Below are positions 48,716 through 58,601 of a stretch of DNA of 64,000 nucleotides, piece after piece; within the stretch, counting starts at the first letter, position 1; every line of letters starts with the position of its first letter. A model generated the notes under the pieces. It was given only the letters and a program-made list of their open reading frames with translations. It ran no database searches and was not told the origin of the DNA. The position numbers and the translations under genes are program-made. This DNA comes from Sulfurovum sp. (GTDB lineage Bacteria; Campylobacterota; Campylobacteria; Campylobacterales; Sulfurovaceae). The stretch covers positions 2,560-66,559 of the forward strand of contig JALSJI010000033.1 of NCBI GenBank assembly GCA_026989435.1, given 5' to 3'.

Positions 48716-49395
48716 ATACCAAAAGTTTTTCTATAGGCCTCTTCTAAATCCCCTTTTTGTCTATAATCAAGTATATCCCCTATTTCAATATCCACTTGCT
48801 GATTCAAACTTTTATCTTTTAAAGCATTTTTAAGTACCTTGTCTGCATTTGTACGAATATACAATGGCAAAATAGGCAGTCTATTTTTCATAGCGATAAT
48901 ACGAGAGCCCTCTTTAAACGTAACGAGCGGCATTTCTGTCTTATTGCGTGTTCCCTCCGGAAAGATAAATATCGAAGCACCCTGTTTGACACCGCTTTTG
49001 ATCTCTGCAAAAAAACCGGACATTTTACCTTGGTCTCTATCTAACAGTATTGAGCCTGCATTTCTTACGAACAATCCAAAAAAAAATGAGTTATAAAGCT
49101 CTTTTTTTGAGACCCAGAGACCATAGATATTCGTATCTGCCAAAGCCGTCTCAATAAGAGGCGGATCGATAACACTCCTATGGTTACAGACCAAAAGATA
49201 CTGCCCCTGCTTGGGTAATTTATGCTCATTTTCTATTTTTACGGTAATATTTAACGCTTCTAACTGCTTTGAAGAATAGACCTTGCGCAAACGTTTTTTT
49301 TCTATAGGATCTTTTGTCCTTGATAGACGCAATCCGTAACTATTGGTCAGGTATAAACCGTAAATGGCTTGTTTTACTGCATGAAATGTCACCAT
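48712..49395 (-). CDS. Lysophospholipid acyltransferase (PlsC family)
   Basis: NHRSVID, IFPEGTR. Confidence 0.9.
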   Translation of the reverse strand: MVTFHAVKQAIYGLYLTNSYGLRLSRTKDPIEKKRLRKVYSSKQLEALNITVKIENEHKLPKQGQYLLVCNHRSVIDPPLIETALADTNIYGLWVSKKELYNSFFFGLFVRNAGSILLDRDQGKMSGFFAEIKSGVKQGASIFIFPEGTRNKTEMPLVTFKEGSRIIAMKNRLPILPLYIRTNADKVLKNALKDKSLNQQVDIEIGDILDYRQKGDLEEAYRKTFGI

Positions 49396-49568
49396 ATGTC
49401 CTAAAAGTAAAGTAAAATGATTATATCAAAAACGAAATTTTCCTTTCTTTAGTGTCAGATATGAAATCCAAATGCTTCAAACTAAAAATAATTTCAATAT
49501 GTCATATTTTGACATCTCTAACGAGATTTCTTATACAATAACACTGATATACAAAAAAAGGCTAGCAA

Positions 49569-50915
49569 ATGGCAAAGAAAAAAACACTCTTTGAGTGTCA
49601 ATCATGCGGTTTTCAAAGTCCACGTTGGATGGGAAAATGTACTTCATGCAATGAATGGGAAAGCATGATAGAGTTAAGTACGGAACAGATAAGGTATCTT
49701 AAAGAGACTTCTAGATCATCTACTCATTCCACACCCAAAGCAAAACCCATTACACAAATAAAAGAAGACGACATTATACGCTTTGCATCAGGTAGTAAAG
49801 AGTTGGATTTGGTGCTTGGCGGCGGCATCGTACCCGGTTCACTTACACTGATAGGGGGAAGTCCCGGTGTGGGAAAATCAACGCTTTTACTCAAAATTGC
49901 AGGAAATTTGGCAAAAAAGGAGAAAAAGATACTCTATGTTTCGGGAGAAGAGTCATCCGGGCAGATTAAACTCCGTGCCAATAGACTAGATGCCAATCAT
50001 AACAGTCTTTACTTGCTTTCGGAAATCAATCTTTCCTCCGTACTCTCAGAAATAAATAACCAAAACTATGAGCTGATAGTCATAGATTCCATCCAGACAC
50101 TCTACTCCGAAGAGACCCCCTCTGCCCCGGGATCAGTAACACAAGTACGTACGATTACGTTTGATCTCATGCGTATTGCAAAATCTCTACATATTCCTAT
50201 TTTTATCATCGGTCATATCACAAAAGACGGTTCTATCGCAGGACCTCGCGTATTGGAGCATATGGTTGATACCGTACTCTACTTTGAGGGCGATACCAAT
50301 TCCGACTTACGCCTACTACGTGGATTTAAAAACCGATTCGGTGCCACAAACGAAGTAGGAATATTCGAAATGAATAAAGAGGGTCTTAATGATGCTAAAT
50401 CCATGGCGGGAAAATTTTTTAACAAAGAGAAACTCCAATCAGGCTCTGCACTTACAGTAATTATGGAGGGAAGCCGTCCGATTATCATAGAGGTACAAGC
50501 CTTGGTCTCCGAATCATATGGTCATGCCAAACGGAGTTCCACAGGCTTTGACAACAACCGTCTTGGCATGTTGCTTGCACTTTTAGAAAAAAAACTAGAC
50601 TTGCCTCTGGGAACATACGATGTATTTATTAACATCTCCGGGGGAATTAAAATAAATGACCCCTCAGCCGACCTTGCCGTTATTGCCGCAATACTCAGCT
50701 CTTACAAAAACCGAGAATTAAGTGCTAAAACACTCTTTTTGGGAGAAGTGAGTCTAACCGGAGAGATCCGTGAAATCTCCTCACTTGCACAACGTTTAAA
50801 AGAGATACAGACCCAAGGATTTACCAAAGCAGTCATTCCCAATAAACCTATAGAAAAAACCACTGTCAAATGTTTTATTGCCGATGAAGTCTCCAAAGTA
50901 GTAGAATGGATGTGA
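49569..50915 (+). CDS. radA: DNA repair protein RadA/Sms
   Basis: C4 zinc finger, GSPGVGKST, KNRFG, Lon-like C-terminus. Confidence 0.97.
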   Translation: MAKKKTLFECQSCGFQSPRWMGKCTSCNEWESMIELSTEQIRYLKETSRSSTHSTPKAKPITQIKEDDIIRFASGSKELDLVLGGGIVPGSLTLIGGSPGVGKSTLLLKIAGNLAKKEKKILYVSGEESSGQIKLRANRLDANHNSLYLLSEINLSSVLSEINNQNYELIVIDSIQTLYSEETPSAPGSVTQVRTITFDLMRIAKSLHIPIFIIGHITKDGSIAGPRVLEHMVDTVLYFEGDTNSDLRLLRGFKNRFGATNEVGIFEMNKEGLNDAKSMAGKFFNKEKLQSGSALTVIMEGSRPIIIEVQALVSESYGHAKRSSTGFDNNRLGMLLALLEKKLDLPLGTYDVFINISGGIKINDPSADLAVIAAILSSYKNRELSAKTLFLGEVSLTGEIREISSLAQRLKEIQTQGFTKAVIPNKPIEKTTVKCFIADEVSKVVEWM

Positions 50916-50927
50916 GAACCCTTAAGC

Positions 50928-50949
50928 AAACAACAATAGTCTGTTGTTT
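50928..50949 (+). terminator. Hairpin after radA
   Basis: AAACAACA-N6-TGTTGTTT. Confidence 0.4.
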
Positions 50950-51025
50950 ATAGATTCAATACAATCTTACAAAAAAAAGAGAAGTAATCCACCTATTTGA
51001 TACGCCATATAGGCTCAATATCCTA

Positions 51026-51034
51026 TGGTATAAT
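51026..51034 (+). promoter_or_regulatory. Extended -10 promoter placing +1 at the acpS ATG
   Basis: TGGTATAAT, 6 nt, then ATG at 51041. Confidence 0.65.
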
Positions 51035-51040
51035 TATATC

Positions 51041-51406
51041 ATGAAAATCGGAACCGACATTATTCAAGTAGAGCGTATTAGGCGATTGGTTGAGAGATAT
51101 CATGAGAGATTTAAAAAACATTTTCTCTGTGATGAGGAAATCAAATCGCTCAAAAAAATAGAAAGTATCGCAGGATACTGGGCGGCAAAAGAGGCTATCT
51201 CCAAAGCATTGGGTTGTGGCATAGGATCAAAACTCTCTTTTCATGACATTATCATCTCCAAAAATACCCTTGGTACACCTATCTTTACACTGAGTCAAAA
51301 AGCACAATCTATCCACAAAATAAAAGAGAGTTCTCTTTCTATCTCACATGATGGGGGATTTGCTATTGCAGTGGCTATCATCCTCAAAGACAATACGGAT
51401 AATTGA
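51041..51406 (+). CDS. acpS: Holo-ACP synthase
   Basis: IGTDII, WAAKEAISKALGCG, LSISHD. Confidence 0.95.
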   Translation: MKIGTDIIQVERIRRLVERYHERFKKHFLCDEEIKSLKKIESIAGYWAAKEAISKALGCGIGSKLSFHDIIISKNTLGTPIFTLSQKAQSIHKIKESSLSISHDGGFAIAVAIILKDNTDN

Positions 51407-51482
51407 TCGTAATTAATGGTATTTACTCTTGAATTATATTACAATACAACATAAAATAATATACTACTAAAAAGGATGACAA

Positions 51483-51950
51483 ATGAAATTATGGATGACT
51501 TCCGCACTTGTACTCTTATTGTTATCAGGCTGTAATAGCACTCAAAAAATGATACAACTGCAAAATAAGAATGCACAGCAAGCCCTGCTGATACAACAGC
51601 AACAGGCAAAAATTGAAGCACTTACCAAACAACTGCAAAATAAATCAAAAACAAGAAGGTTTCATAGATCTTCAACTCTACCTCCACCGCCAAAACGTAA
51701 TATTAAACTTAAAAAAGTAGAAGATACAAATTTTAATGCTGACTATATGTATCCACAAACAAAAACAAGAGTCAGCAAACCTCAATCAACAGATACGACA
51801 AAAACAGAAATTACAACAAATAGCACTATGACAAAAGAGGCATGTATTGCCATGATTGGTGAAGAGAAATTTAATAAATATACAGAGATGTTCGGGAGTG
51901 AGGCATCCTCTATTAAACGATGTAGTATGCTAAAGGCGATGAAGCATTAA
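51483..51950 (+). CDS. Hypothetical lipoprotein
   Basis: Lipobox LSGC, coiled coil, C-terminal two-Cys domain; AAGGA RBS. Confidence 0.7.
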   Translation: MKLWMTSALVLLLLSGCNSTQKMIQLQNKNAQQALLIQQQQAKIEALTKQLQNKSKTRRFHRSSTLPPPPKRNIKLKKVEDTNFNADYMYPQTKTRVSKPQSTDTTKTEITTNSTMTKEACIAMIGEEKFNKYTEMFGSEASSIKRCSMLKAMKH

Positions 51951-51952
51951 TC

Positions 51953-52945
51953 TTAACCCCCTTTTGAAAAATGTATCATCTTAAATCTATCACCCATCAT
52001 TGTGGGTGAAATCAATGTTTTTACCTTGTCTGCTTCTCTTGCATATCTTGTCTGTGTGGTCTGCTTCATAAACTCTTCAAGGATCTCAATAATACCAAAA
52101 CGTATCAAGGCTCTAGCTTGCGTTTCATAAAGTACTTCCCTAAAACCGGCACCTATAAAAGCTTCACTCACATGCCCAAAATTAACATCATACGTCATAT
52201 CATCTCTTTGATATGCCTCTGATAAAATTAATGCTTGATCAAAAAGAGGAAAAGTTTCATGATTGCGATATACCCTTATGGAGAAATCATTACGTACGTA
52301 CTTTTCTCCATAATCAAAGGTGATAAAATCACACTCCTTCGTTCCTTTAAACATTCTTTTGGCAAAAGACTCATAACCTACTGCTATCTCACCTTGATGC
52401 AAACGGTGTTTTTTTGCCCAATTGAGTATATCCTGATCTGCTTTTTCCCACCCGATGGTATGATTGTCTACCACAGCGATCTTCTCATCCTTTATCAAAT
52501 CACAGGCAAATGCATCAAAAATTTCATTGGCGACTACAAATGCATAAGATGCATTAAGATCTGAAACATCGTCAAAGTGTGTAATATCTATATCATTGCC
52601 AAAACGCTCCTGGATATAAGCCGCCTGTACCTTTCGAACTTCTGCATGAGGCTCGACTATTCCAAATTTCAAACTCTTTATCAATGCCGGATCACAGGTA
52701 TAAAGCCACTGTATCATATCGCATAAGAGATATCCTTTATGTGCACCTACCTCTATAAGCCATCCGCTTCTCTTGCGTTGATCCTCTTTTAGTAAGGTAT
52801 AAAAATAGTTGGCAATGCTTGCCCCAAAAAAAGCACTGCTGCTGACAGCAGTATAAAAATCTCCACCCTTGCCTATCTCTTTAAAATTTCTATAATATCC
52901 CTTTTTACCATAAAGCCAAGCTTGCATATAGGTACTAAATTTCAT
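51953..52945 (-). CDS. MidA/NDUFAF7-family SAM-dependent methyltransferase
   Basis: GYY...IGKGGDFYTA, EVGAHKG, ANEIFDAF, DYG, DMTYDVNF, MGDRFK. Confidence 0.85.
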   Translation of the reverse strand: MKFSTYMQAWLYGKKGYYRNFKEIGKGGDFYTAVSSSAFFGASIANYFYTLLKEDQRKRSGWLIEVGAHKGYLLCDMIQWLYTCDPALIKSLKFGIVEPHAEVRKVQAAYIQERFGNDIDITHFDDVSDLNASYAFVVANEIFDAFACDLIKDEKIAVVDNHTIGWEKADQDILNWAKKHRLHQGEIAVGYESFAKRMFKGTKECDFITFDYGEKYVRNDFSIRVYRNHETFPLFDQALILSEAYQRDDMTYDVNFGHVSEAFIGAGFREVLYETQARALIRFGIIEILEEFMKQTTQTRYAREADKVKTLISPTMMGDRFKMIHFSKGG

Positions 52946-54146
52946 TTTCTACCTTAGTGTATAATTCAAGCAAAATCATCTGTTTATCCAACGCAAATAT
53001 CTCTCTATCTAGTTTTTTTATCTCTAAAGCATTATACATAACGGCTGTATCCAAAGAGGTCTTTTCTCCTGCCTTCTCTAAATCTTTCGTACTGATATAG
53101 AGTCTTTTATAAAGTTTTTCATCCTTTTTTGCCAAAGCTATTTTTTTGTCAATAATCTGTAGTTTATTTATGATAAGATTATACTCTTTCTCTATTGCTT
53201 TTTTACGTTCAATCAGCTCTGTGTGTGATTTAAGCTCTTCTACTTTGCTTGCTTCAACATCTGTAAACATATTAATATCAAGTGGCATAGATATACTAAA
53301 CCCGTAACTATAGTACTGCTCTTTAATACCAGGTATTGTAAAAAGCGGGTTGGGATCCTCATCGGTATAGCGTGCCTGCACAGATACCGTAGGGAGATAT
53401 TTTGCCCATGTTACTTTTGTATGATATTCTTTTTCTTTTACACGAAGTTTATCACGTACCAATTCAAGATGATTCCTCTTATATCGTGCAACGGGAATTA
53501 TCTTGAGTCTTGGAAGCTTTAGACTCTTAGGGTTTTTATCGCTAAGAAGAGAAAAGTTCTGTTTGAGCGTTGCAAGGGTAGTCTCAAGTTCAAGCCGCTT
53601 AGCTTCATCCTGATTTTTTTTAATAATTGCCTGATCTAAAAAACTGCTCTCTAATAGACCCGCCTCATAGCTCTCTTGTTTTTGGCGAATATCAATAGTA
53701 TCATTTTGAATAAGCAGTATTAATCTCTTCTGCTCCAACTCTACTTTTTTGATTTCAAAAAGCAGTTTGACTGCCTGTGCAATCGCTTCTCTTTTTTTAA
53801 GCTTGATCTCTGCTTTATTTGCACCTCTGAGTGCCTGTGCATATTTAATAGCAAAATAGATACCTCCTGAACGAAAGATAGGCTGATCTATACCCACGGT
53901 AAAACTTCCTACTTCCACTGTTTTATCCGTAAACTGTTTAGAGTAGCTTTTTTTATATTGCAACATTAAGGGATTAATCCATCCATTCTCAAGCTTATCA
54001 CTTTGAGCATCGTTTGACTGAAACTGATAATCAAAAAGTCTATTTTTATTCTCAGAGAGAATGTTGCTTAACCCATCTGAAAAGCCCAGTCCCATACATA
54101 CACTATAAAGTATCAAGTACTTTTTCAAAACGTTTAAACCCTTCAT
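52935..54146 (-). CDS. TolC-family outer membrane factor
   Basis: IDQPIFRSGGI, YLPTVSV, FSISMPLD; helical repeats; start uncertain. Confidence 0.75.
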   Translation of the reverse strand: MKGLNVLKKYLILYSVCMGLGFSDGLSNILSENKNRLFDYQFQSNDAQSDKLENGWINPLMLQYKKSYSKQFTDKTVEVGSFTVGIDQPIFRSGGIYFAIKYAQALRGANKAEIKLKKREAIAQAVKLLFEIKKVELEQKRLILLIQNDTIDIRQKQESYEAGLLESSFLDQAIIKKNQDEAKRLELETTLATLKQNFSLLSDKNPKSLKLPRLKIIPVARYKRNHLELVRDKLRVKEKEYHTKVTWAKYLPTVSVQARYTDEDPNPLFTIPGIKEQYYSYGFSISMPLDINMFTDVEASKVEELKSHTELIERKKAIEKEYNLIINKLQIIDKKIALAKKDEKLYKRLYISTKDLEKAGEKTSLDTAVMYNALEIKKLDREIFALDKQMILLELYTKVENEI

Positions 54147-55299
54147 CTATTTCATCTTTGCTTATCGTAATACTCGGTAAAAAGCGGACCGTGTTACGTC
54201 CTGCCTTTAACACAACAAGCCCCTCATCCATAGATCTCTTAATGATCTCTCCTTGAATGTCCGTACTCTTCGCACGCAATCCACGCATCAAACCAATCCC
54301 TACCTCTTTTTCAAACAGCCTCTTATATCTCTGTGCAATCTCTTTTATTTTTGTAGAAAAATAGAATACTTTCTCTCTTATTTTACCCTCATCGTACAAC
54401 CCTTCCAATACCTCTAAGACTGCTAAACCTGCCGCCATACTAAGGTAATTTCCACCAAAAGTACTTCCGTGATCACCCACTCCAAGCACCTCTTTATGGC
54501 GGGTCATCACTGCACCTATAGGTACCCCGCCGCCAAGTCCTTTTGCAAGGGTAATAATATCCGGCTCTATCCCATATAAATTTGAAGCTAAAAATTCACC
54601 TGTACGATAGATACCTGTTTGTACCTCATCTACTATCAACAAAATATCTTGACTAGCAAGAAAAGATGCCAATGCCCGTATCTCCTTCTTCTCAAAAGGC
54701 TGAACACCGCCCTCGCCTTGTACCAGCTCTATAAGTACTGCCACTGTTTCATCATCGATAGCTTGATAGAGATCCTCGATCCTCTTCACATAAGAAAACC
54801 CATCCGGATAAGGTGAAAAATGGGGCGTATGAAATTTTGCTTGTCCGGTAGCTTTTACCGTAGTGATAGTGCGTCCGTGAAAAGAGTGTTCTAAAGTAAT
54901 CACTTTATAACGCTTGTAATGAAACTTTATCTCGCCATATTTACGTGCAATTTTAATTGCACCTTCATTCGCTTCTGCGCCCGAATTGGCAAAAAAGACA
55001 CCCATATCATAACCGGAGAGTTCAACGATACGCTCTGCTAATTTCGCTTGTGGTGCAATTACCTGTAAATTTGAAATATGTATGATATTTTTTGCTTGTT
55101 CACATATCGCTTTGGTTAAGATATCATTTCCGTGCCCCACTGAGTTTACCCCTATTCCTGATGCAAAATCAATATACTCTCTTCCATGCTCATCATAAAG
55201 TACAGACCCTTTCCCTCTAACAAAATGTATATAATTTCTAGCATAGGTTTGAAGTACATAGGCTTTGTCTTGTTGTTCCAACGTCATGGCTTTTTCCAT
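54103..55299 (-). CDS. argD: Acetylornithine aminotransferase
   Basis: NSGAEANE, FHGRT, VQGEGG, DEVQTG, LAKGLGGG, HGSTFGGN. Confidence 0.93.
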   Translation of the reverse strand: MEKAMTLEQQDKAYVLQTYARNYIHFVRGKGSVLYDEHGREYIDFASGIGVNSVGHGNDILTKAICEQAKNIIHISNLQVIAPQAKLAERIVELSGYDMGVFFANSGAEANEGAIKIARKYGEIKFHYKRYKVITLEHSFHGRTITTVKATGQAKFHTPHFSPYPDGFSYVKRIEDLYQAIDDETVAVLIELVQGEGGVQPFEKKEIRALASFLASQDILLIVDEVQTGIYRTGEFLASNLYGIEPDIITLAKGLGGGVPIGAVMTRHKEVLGVGDHGSTFGGNYLSMAAGLAVLEVLEGLYDEGKIREKVFYFSTKIKEIAQRYKRLFEKEVGIGLMRGLRAKSTDIQGEIIKRSMDEGLVVLKAGRNTVRFLPSITISKDEIDEGFKRFEKVLDTL

Positions 55300-56091
55300 C
55301 TATTTTATCTCTACCTTAATTAATTTTGAAAATATATCTCGCGGTGCAGGAATAATGACCTCAGCCCTATATAAAGAGATAAATTTCTCATCTGCCACCT
55401 TCCATATCTTATCTATTTTATATGTACTCTTCTTTTCATCAATATAGATACTTTTCAACGCTATATTTTCCAATTCCTCTTCTCCCAGAAACAGTACCAA
55501 CTTGGCACGACTAATATTATCTACTCTTGCCATAGGCGTACCCGGAGCTACAAAATCACCTTTTCTTACTAAAAGTTTATACAAATATCTATCTTTTAAA
55601 ACAATAGACTTTTTGGCAACAGTGTCTTCTAATTTATCTATCTTTGACTGTATATCTATCATCTGTTTTTTTAAAGAGATAATCTTTTCTCTTGTGGAAA
55701 GATACTGTGATTTTGCACTACTAAATGCACTAAATGCATTATCTTTTTGTGTTTTTGATGCCGTAGCAAGTTTAGATATTCGCTTGAAGTAACTCTCTTG
55801 TCTATGCATACTATGTTTTAATGTTGTTGCAATCTCTTCATTTAAATCAAGCATCTCTTTTAGCAAAACAAGACTCTGCTTACTCTCTTTTAGACTAGAG
55901 ATATCCAATGCATCATCAATATGTATAATTCTCTTTGATTTCACGACTTTTCCCTCTAAATCCAAATCGGCATCGATGACCAAACCGCTTACTGATGATT
56001 TTAAAGTTACTGTCTCATAAGGCTCCACCTTTGCATAATGCACTTTCGCAAAAAGAAAAAGCGGCATCACTAATACTGGAATTATTTTCAT
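55300..56091 (-). CDS. HlyD-family periplasmic adaptor (membrane fusion protein)
   Basis: Split lipoyl halves (SSVSGLVI; LVRKGDFVAPGTP) flanking a long coiled coil. Confidence 0.75.
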   Translation of the reverse strand: MKIIPVLVMPLFLFAKVHYAKVEPYETVTLKSSVSGLVIDADLDLEGKVVKSKRIIHIDDALDISSLKESKQSLVLLKEMLDLNEEIATTLKHSMHRQESYFKRISKLATASKTQKDNAFSAFSSAKSQYLSTREKIISLKKQMIDIQSKIDKLEDTVAKKSIVLKDRYLYKLLVRKGDFVAPGTPMARVDNISRAKLVLFLGEEELENIALKSIYIDEKKSTYKIDKIWKVADEKFISLYRAEVIIPAPRDIFSKLIKVEIK

Positions 56092-56159
56092 CTAAAATTT
56101 CTTTTTTGCCTGATTATAGCAGAATGTAGTTAATAATGCAGGTATCTGCATACTCACAA

Positions 56160-56580
56160 AAGGTGCAACGATAAGCCGGGTTTTGTCGTGGGTAGTTATT
56201 TATCTAGGCGTATGGTTGCCCATACGCTCAAGCGAAGTATGAATGCTGATTAAACAGCTTTGCAAAGCTTATTACCATATACTTCTTGCTGCGGGAAGGG
56301 TTTACCTAGCTAGCCATGTTACCACAGCTACTGGTGGGCTTTTACCCCACCGTTTCACCCTTTACCATAGGAAGGTCTCCTGCCAAAGAGACAAAGCCCC
56401 TTTGGCATTCCTCTCACTCAAGCTTCGCCTTAAGGCGAGAACTTAAGTTATGGTTTTCTACTCTCTGTTGCACTTGCCCTCAGATTACTCTGGCCATCTG
56501 TTAGATGGATCCCTGCTTTGCTTGCAGCCCGGACTTTCCTCTCGTAGCAAAATGCTACCAGCAACTACCTGTTGCACCTT
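56160..56580 (-). ncRNA. rnpB: RNase P RNA (type A)
   Basis: GAGGAAAGTCCGGGC and ACAAAACCCGGCTTA conserved regions; P1 AAGGTGCAAC/GTTGCACCTT; promoter TGGTATAAT at 56588-56596. Confidence 0.97.
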
Positions 56581-56598
56581 AGCGTGTATTATACCATA

Positions 56599-57528
56599 TC
56601 AAAAGATAGAGAGTCCCGTTTTTGTTGTAAATTTCTCCAATGCCAAAGTACCCGCATGTGAATTTCCATATTTATTAAGTGCAGGTGACCATACAGCTAT
56701 AGACATCTCACCCGGTACAATTGCAGCTATTCCGCCACCCACCCCACTTTTAGCAGGCAAACCTACAAAAAAGGCAAATTCTCCACTTGCATCATAGTGT
56801 CCACAGGTAAGCATCACTGCATTAATACGTTTTGCCTTGCTGCGATCAATAAACTCTCGCTTTGAAATAGGATCCTTTCCTCCAAATGCCAAAAAAAGCA
56901 TCGAACGAGATAACTCCTCGGTATTCATAGTAATCGCACAATGCTTAAAATAGGTCATCACCGTACCCTGCACATCATTTTCAAAATTACCAAAACTTTT
57001 CATGAGTCTTGCAAGTGCCAAATTCCTGTCCCCGTGTTCCATTTCAGAGTGTGCTACACGCTGGTCAAACGAGAGTTCTTTATTATTAGATATTTCACGA
57101 ATAAAGTTCATAATCACTTCGAGTGTTTTATACTCATCTTCATAATGACTAATGAGTGCATCCGTAATCGCTATTGCCCCTGCATTAATAAAGGGATTTC
57201 TAGGAATCCCGTTCTCATACTCTAGTTGTACCAAAGAGTTAAAAGGATTACCTGAAGGTTCAATCCCTACACGCCTATAAAGCTTTTTAGAATAGATATC
57301 AAGTGCCAAAACAAAAGTATATACCTTAGAAATACTCTGAATAGAGAATCTCTTCTTACTCTCTCCTACCGAATAGACAGAACCATCTTCTAAAGTAAGA
57401 CTCATAGCAAACTGACCTTTTTCTACTTCAGCCAATGCGGGGATATAGTCGGCTACCTTTCCACGTTTAAGTTCAGGTTGTATCTCATCATATATTTCAT
57501 CGAGTATTTTTTGATAATCCATCAGCAT
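56599..57528 (-). CDS. glsA: Glutaminase
   Basis: GKVADYIPAL, FSIQSISK, NPFINAGA, PAKSGVGGG. Confidence 0.95.
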   Translation of the reverse strand: MLMDYQKILDEIYDEIQPELKRGKVADYIPALAEVEKGQFAMSLTLEDGSVYSVGESKKRFSIQSISKVYTFVLALDIYSKKLYRRVGIEPSGNPFNSLVQLEYENGIPRNPFINAGAIAITDALISHYEDEYKTLEVIMNFIREISNNKELSFDQRVAHSEMEHGDRNLALARLMKSFGNFENDVQGTVMTYFKHCAITMNTEELSRSMLFLAFGGKDPISKREFIDRSKAKRINAVMLTCGHYDASGEFAFFVGLPAKSGVGGGIAAIVPGEMSIAVWSPALNKYGNSHAGTLALEKFTTKTGLSIF

Positions 57529-57656
57529 ACTTTTTTAAAAATATTATACTCTAAATTAGACAAAAGAAAAAACTATTATGTTCCTAGTAACTAATGAAAT
57601 TAACAGATATTATGAAAAAAAGATTTAGGAATGATGAGTTTGGGTGTTATCGATAT

Positions 57657-57724
57657 CTCTATTTTAATGAAGAGCATAGACAAAGTCTACACGACTAACT
57701 TCATTTTCTAAAGAAGAGAATAGA
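57657..57724 (-). terminator. Long interrupted hairpin downstream of sucD
   Basis: Minus strand CTCTATT..AATGAAG..GTGTAGAC-TTT-GTCTATGC..CTTCATT..AATAGAG. Confidence 0.45.
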
Positions 57725-57729
57725 GTACT

Positions 57730-58599
57730 CTATGAGAGGACCTCTTTAACTGCTTTACCTATTTCAGCCGGAGAGACGACAACCTTCACTCCGGCTGCTT
57801 TTAGTGCATCCATCTTCTCTTTTGCAGTTCCGGCACTTCCGCTTACGATGGCACCTGCATGCCCCATCGTTTTTCCTTTAGGTGCTGTCTGCCCTGCTAT
57901 AAATGCTACCACAGGTTTGGTAATCTTCTCTTTTATCAGTTTAGCAGCTTGTATCTCAAGATCACCGCCGATCTCACCTATCATTACAATACACTTTGTC
58001 TCAGGATCTGCCTCAAACATTGGTAAAAGCTGCTTATAAGAAAGTCCAATAATTGGATCTCCCCCAATCCCCACGGCCGTTGTAATTCCATACCCTTCAT
58101 TGCATACCTGATTTGCCCCTTCATAGGTGAGTGTCCCTGATTTAGAGATAAGTCCGACACCGCCTTTTTTGAAAATCATACCCGGCATAATACCTATTTT
58201 GCACTCTTGAGCAGTAATGATGCCCGGGCAGTTTGGCCCAAGTGTTTTCATACCGTGTTTCGTTGCATATGCTTTTGCCATTTGCATATCTTTAACCGGT
58301 GCGCCCTCCGTAATAATAACAGCCAGTTCAATACCTGCTTCCGCTGCTTCCATCACAGCATCACCTACAAATGCAGGTGGTACAAAGATCATAGATACCG
58401 TAGCACCTGTTGCTTTTACTGCCTCTGATACGGTGTTAAAAACCGGTTTTCCTAGGTGTGTTTGCCCCCCTTTGTTAGGAGTTACACCACCTACAATATT
58501 CGTACCGTACTCTATACACTGCTCTGCATGAAAAGAGCCCTCTTTCCCCGTAAAGCCTTGAACAATGACTTTTGTCTTTTTATTTACCAATATACTCAT
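57730..58599 (-). CDS. sucD: Succinyl-CoA synthetase alpha subunit
   Basis: VQGFTG, GPNCPG, MGHAGA. Confidence 0.98.
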   Translation of the reverse strand: MSILVNKKTKVIVQGFTGKEGSFHAEQCIEYGTNIVGGVTPNKGGQTHLGKPVFNTVSEAVKATGATVSMIFVPPAFVGDAVMEAAEAGIELAVIITEGAPVKDMQMAKAYATKHGMKTLGPNCPGIITAQECKIGIMPGMIFKKGGVGLISKSGTLTYEGANQVCNEGYGITTAVGIGGDPIIGLSYKQLLPMFEADPETKCIVMIGEIGGDLEIQAAKLIKEKITKPVVAFIAGQTAPKGKTMGHAGAIVSGSAGTAKEKMDALKAAGVKVVVSPAEIGKAVKEVLS

Positions 58600-58601
58600 A
58601 T

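Noticed and set aside
49499-49515. ATGTCA-N5-TGACAT palindrome upstream of radA
   Set aside because: Short single instance, inverted rather than tandem, so not counted with the TTTGACA direct-repeat motif
56243-56797. Three + strand ORFs (56243, 56316, 56450)
   Set aside because: Antisense to rnpB and glsA; shadow ORFs
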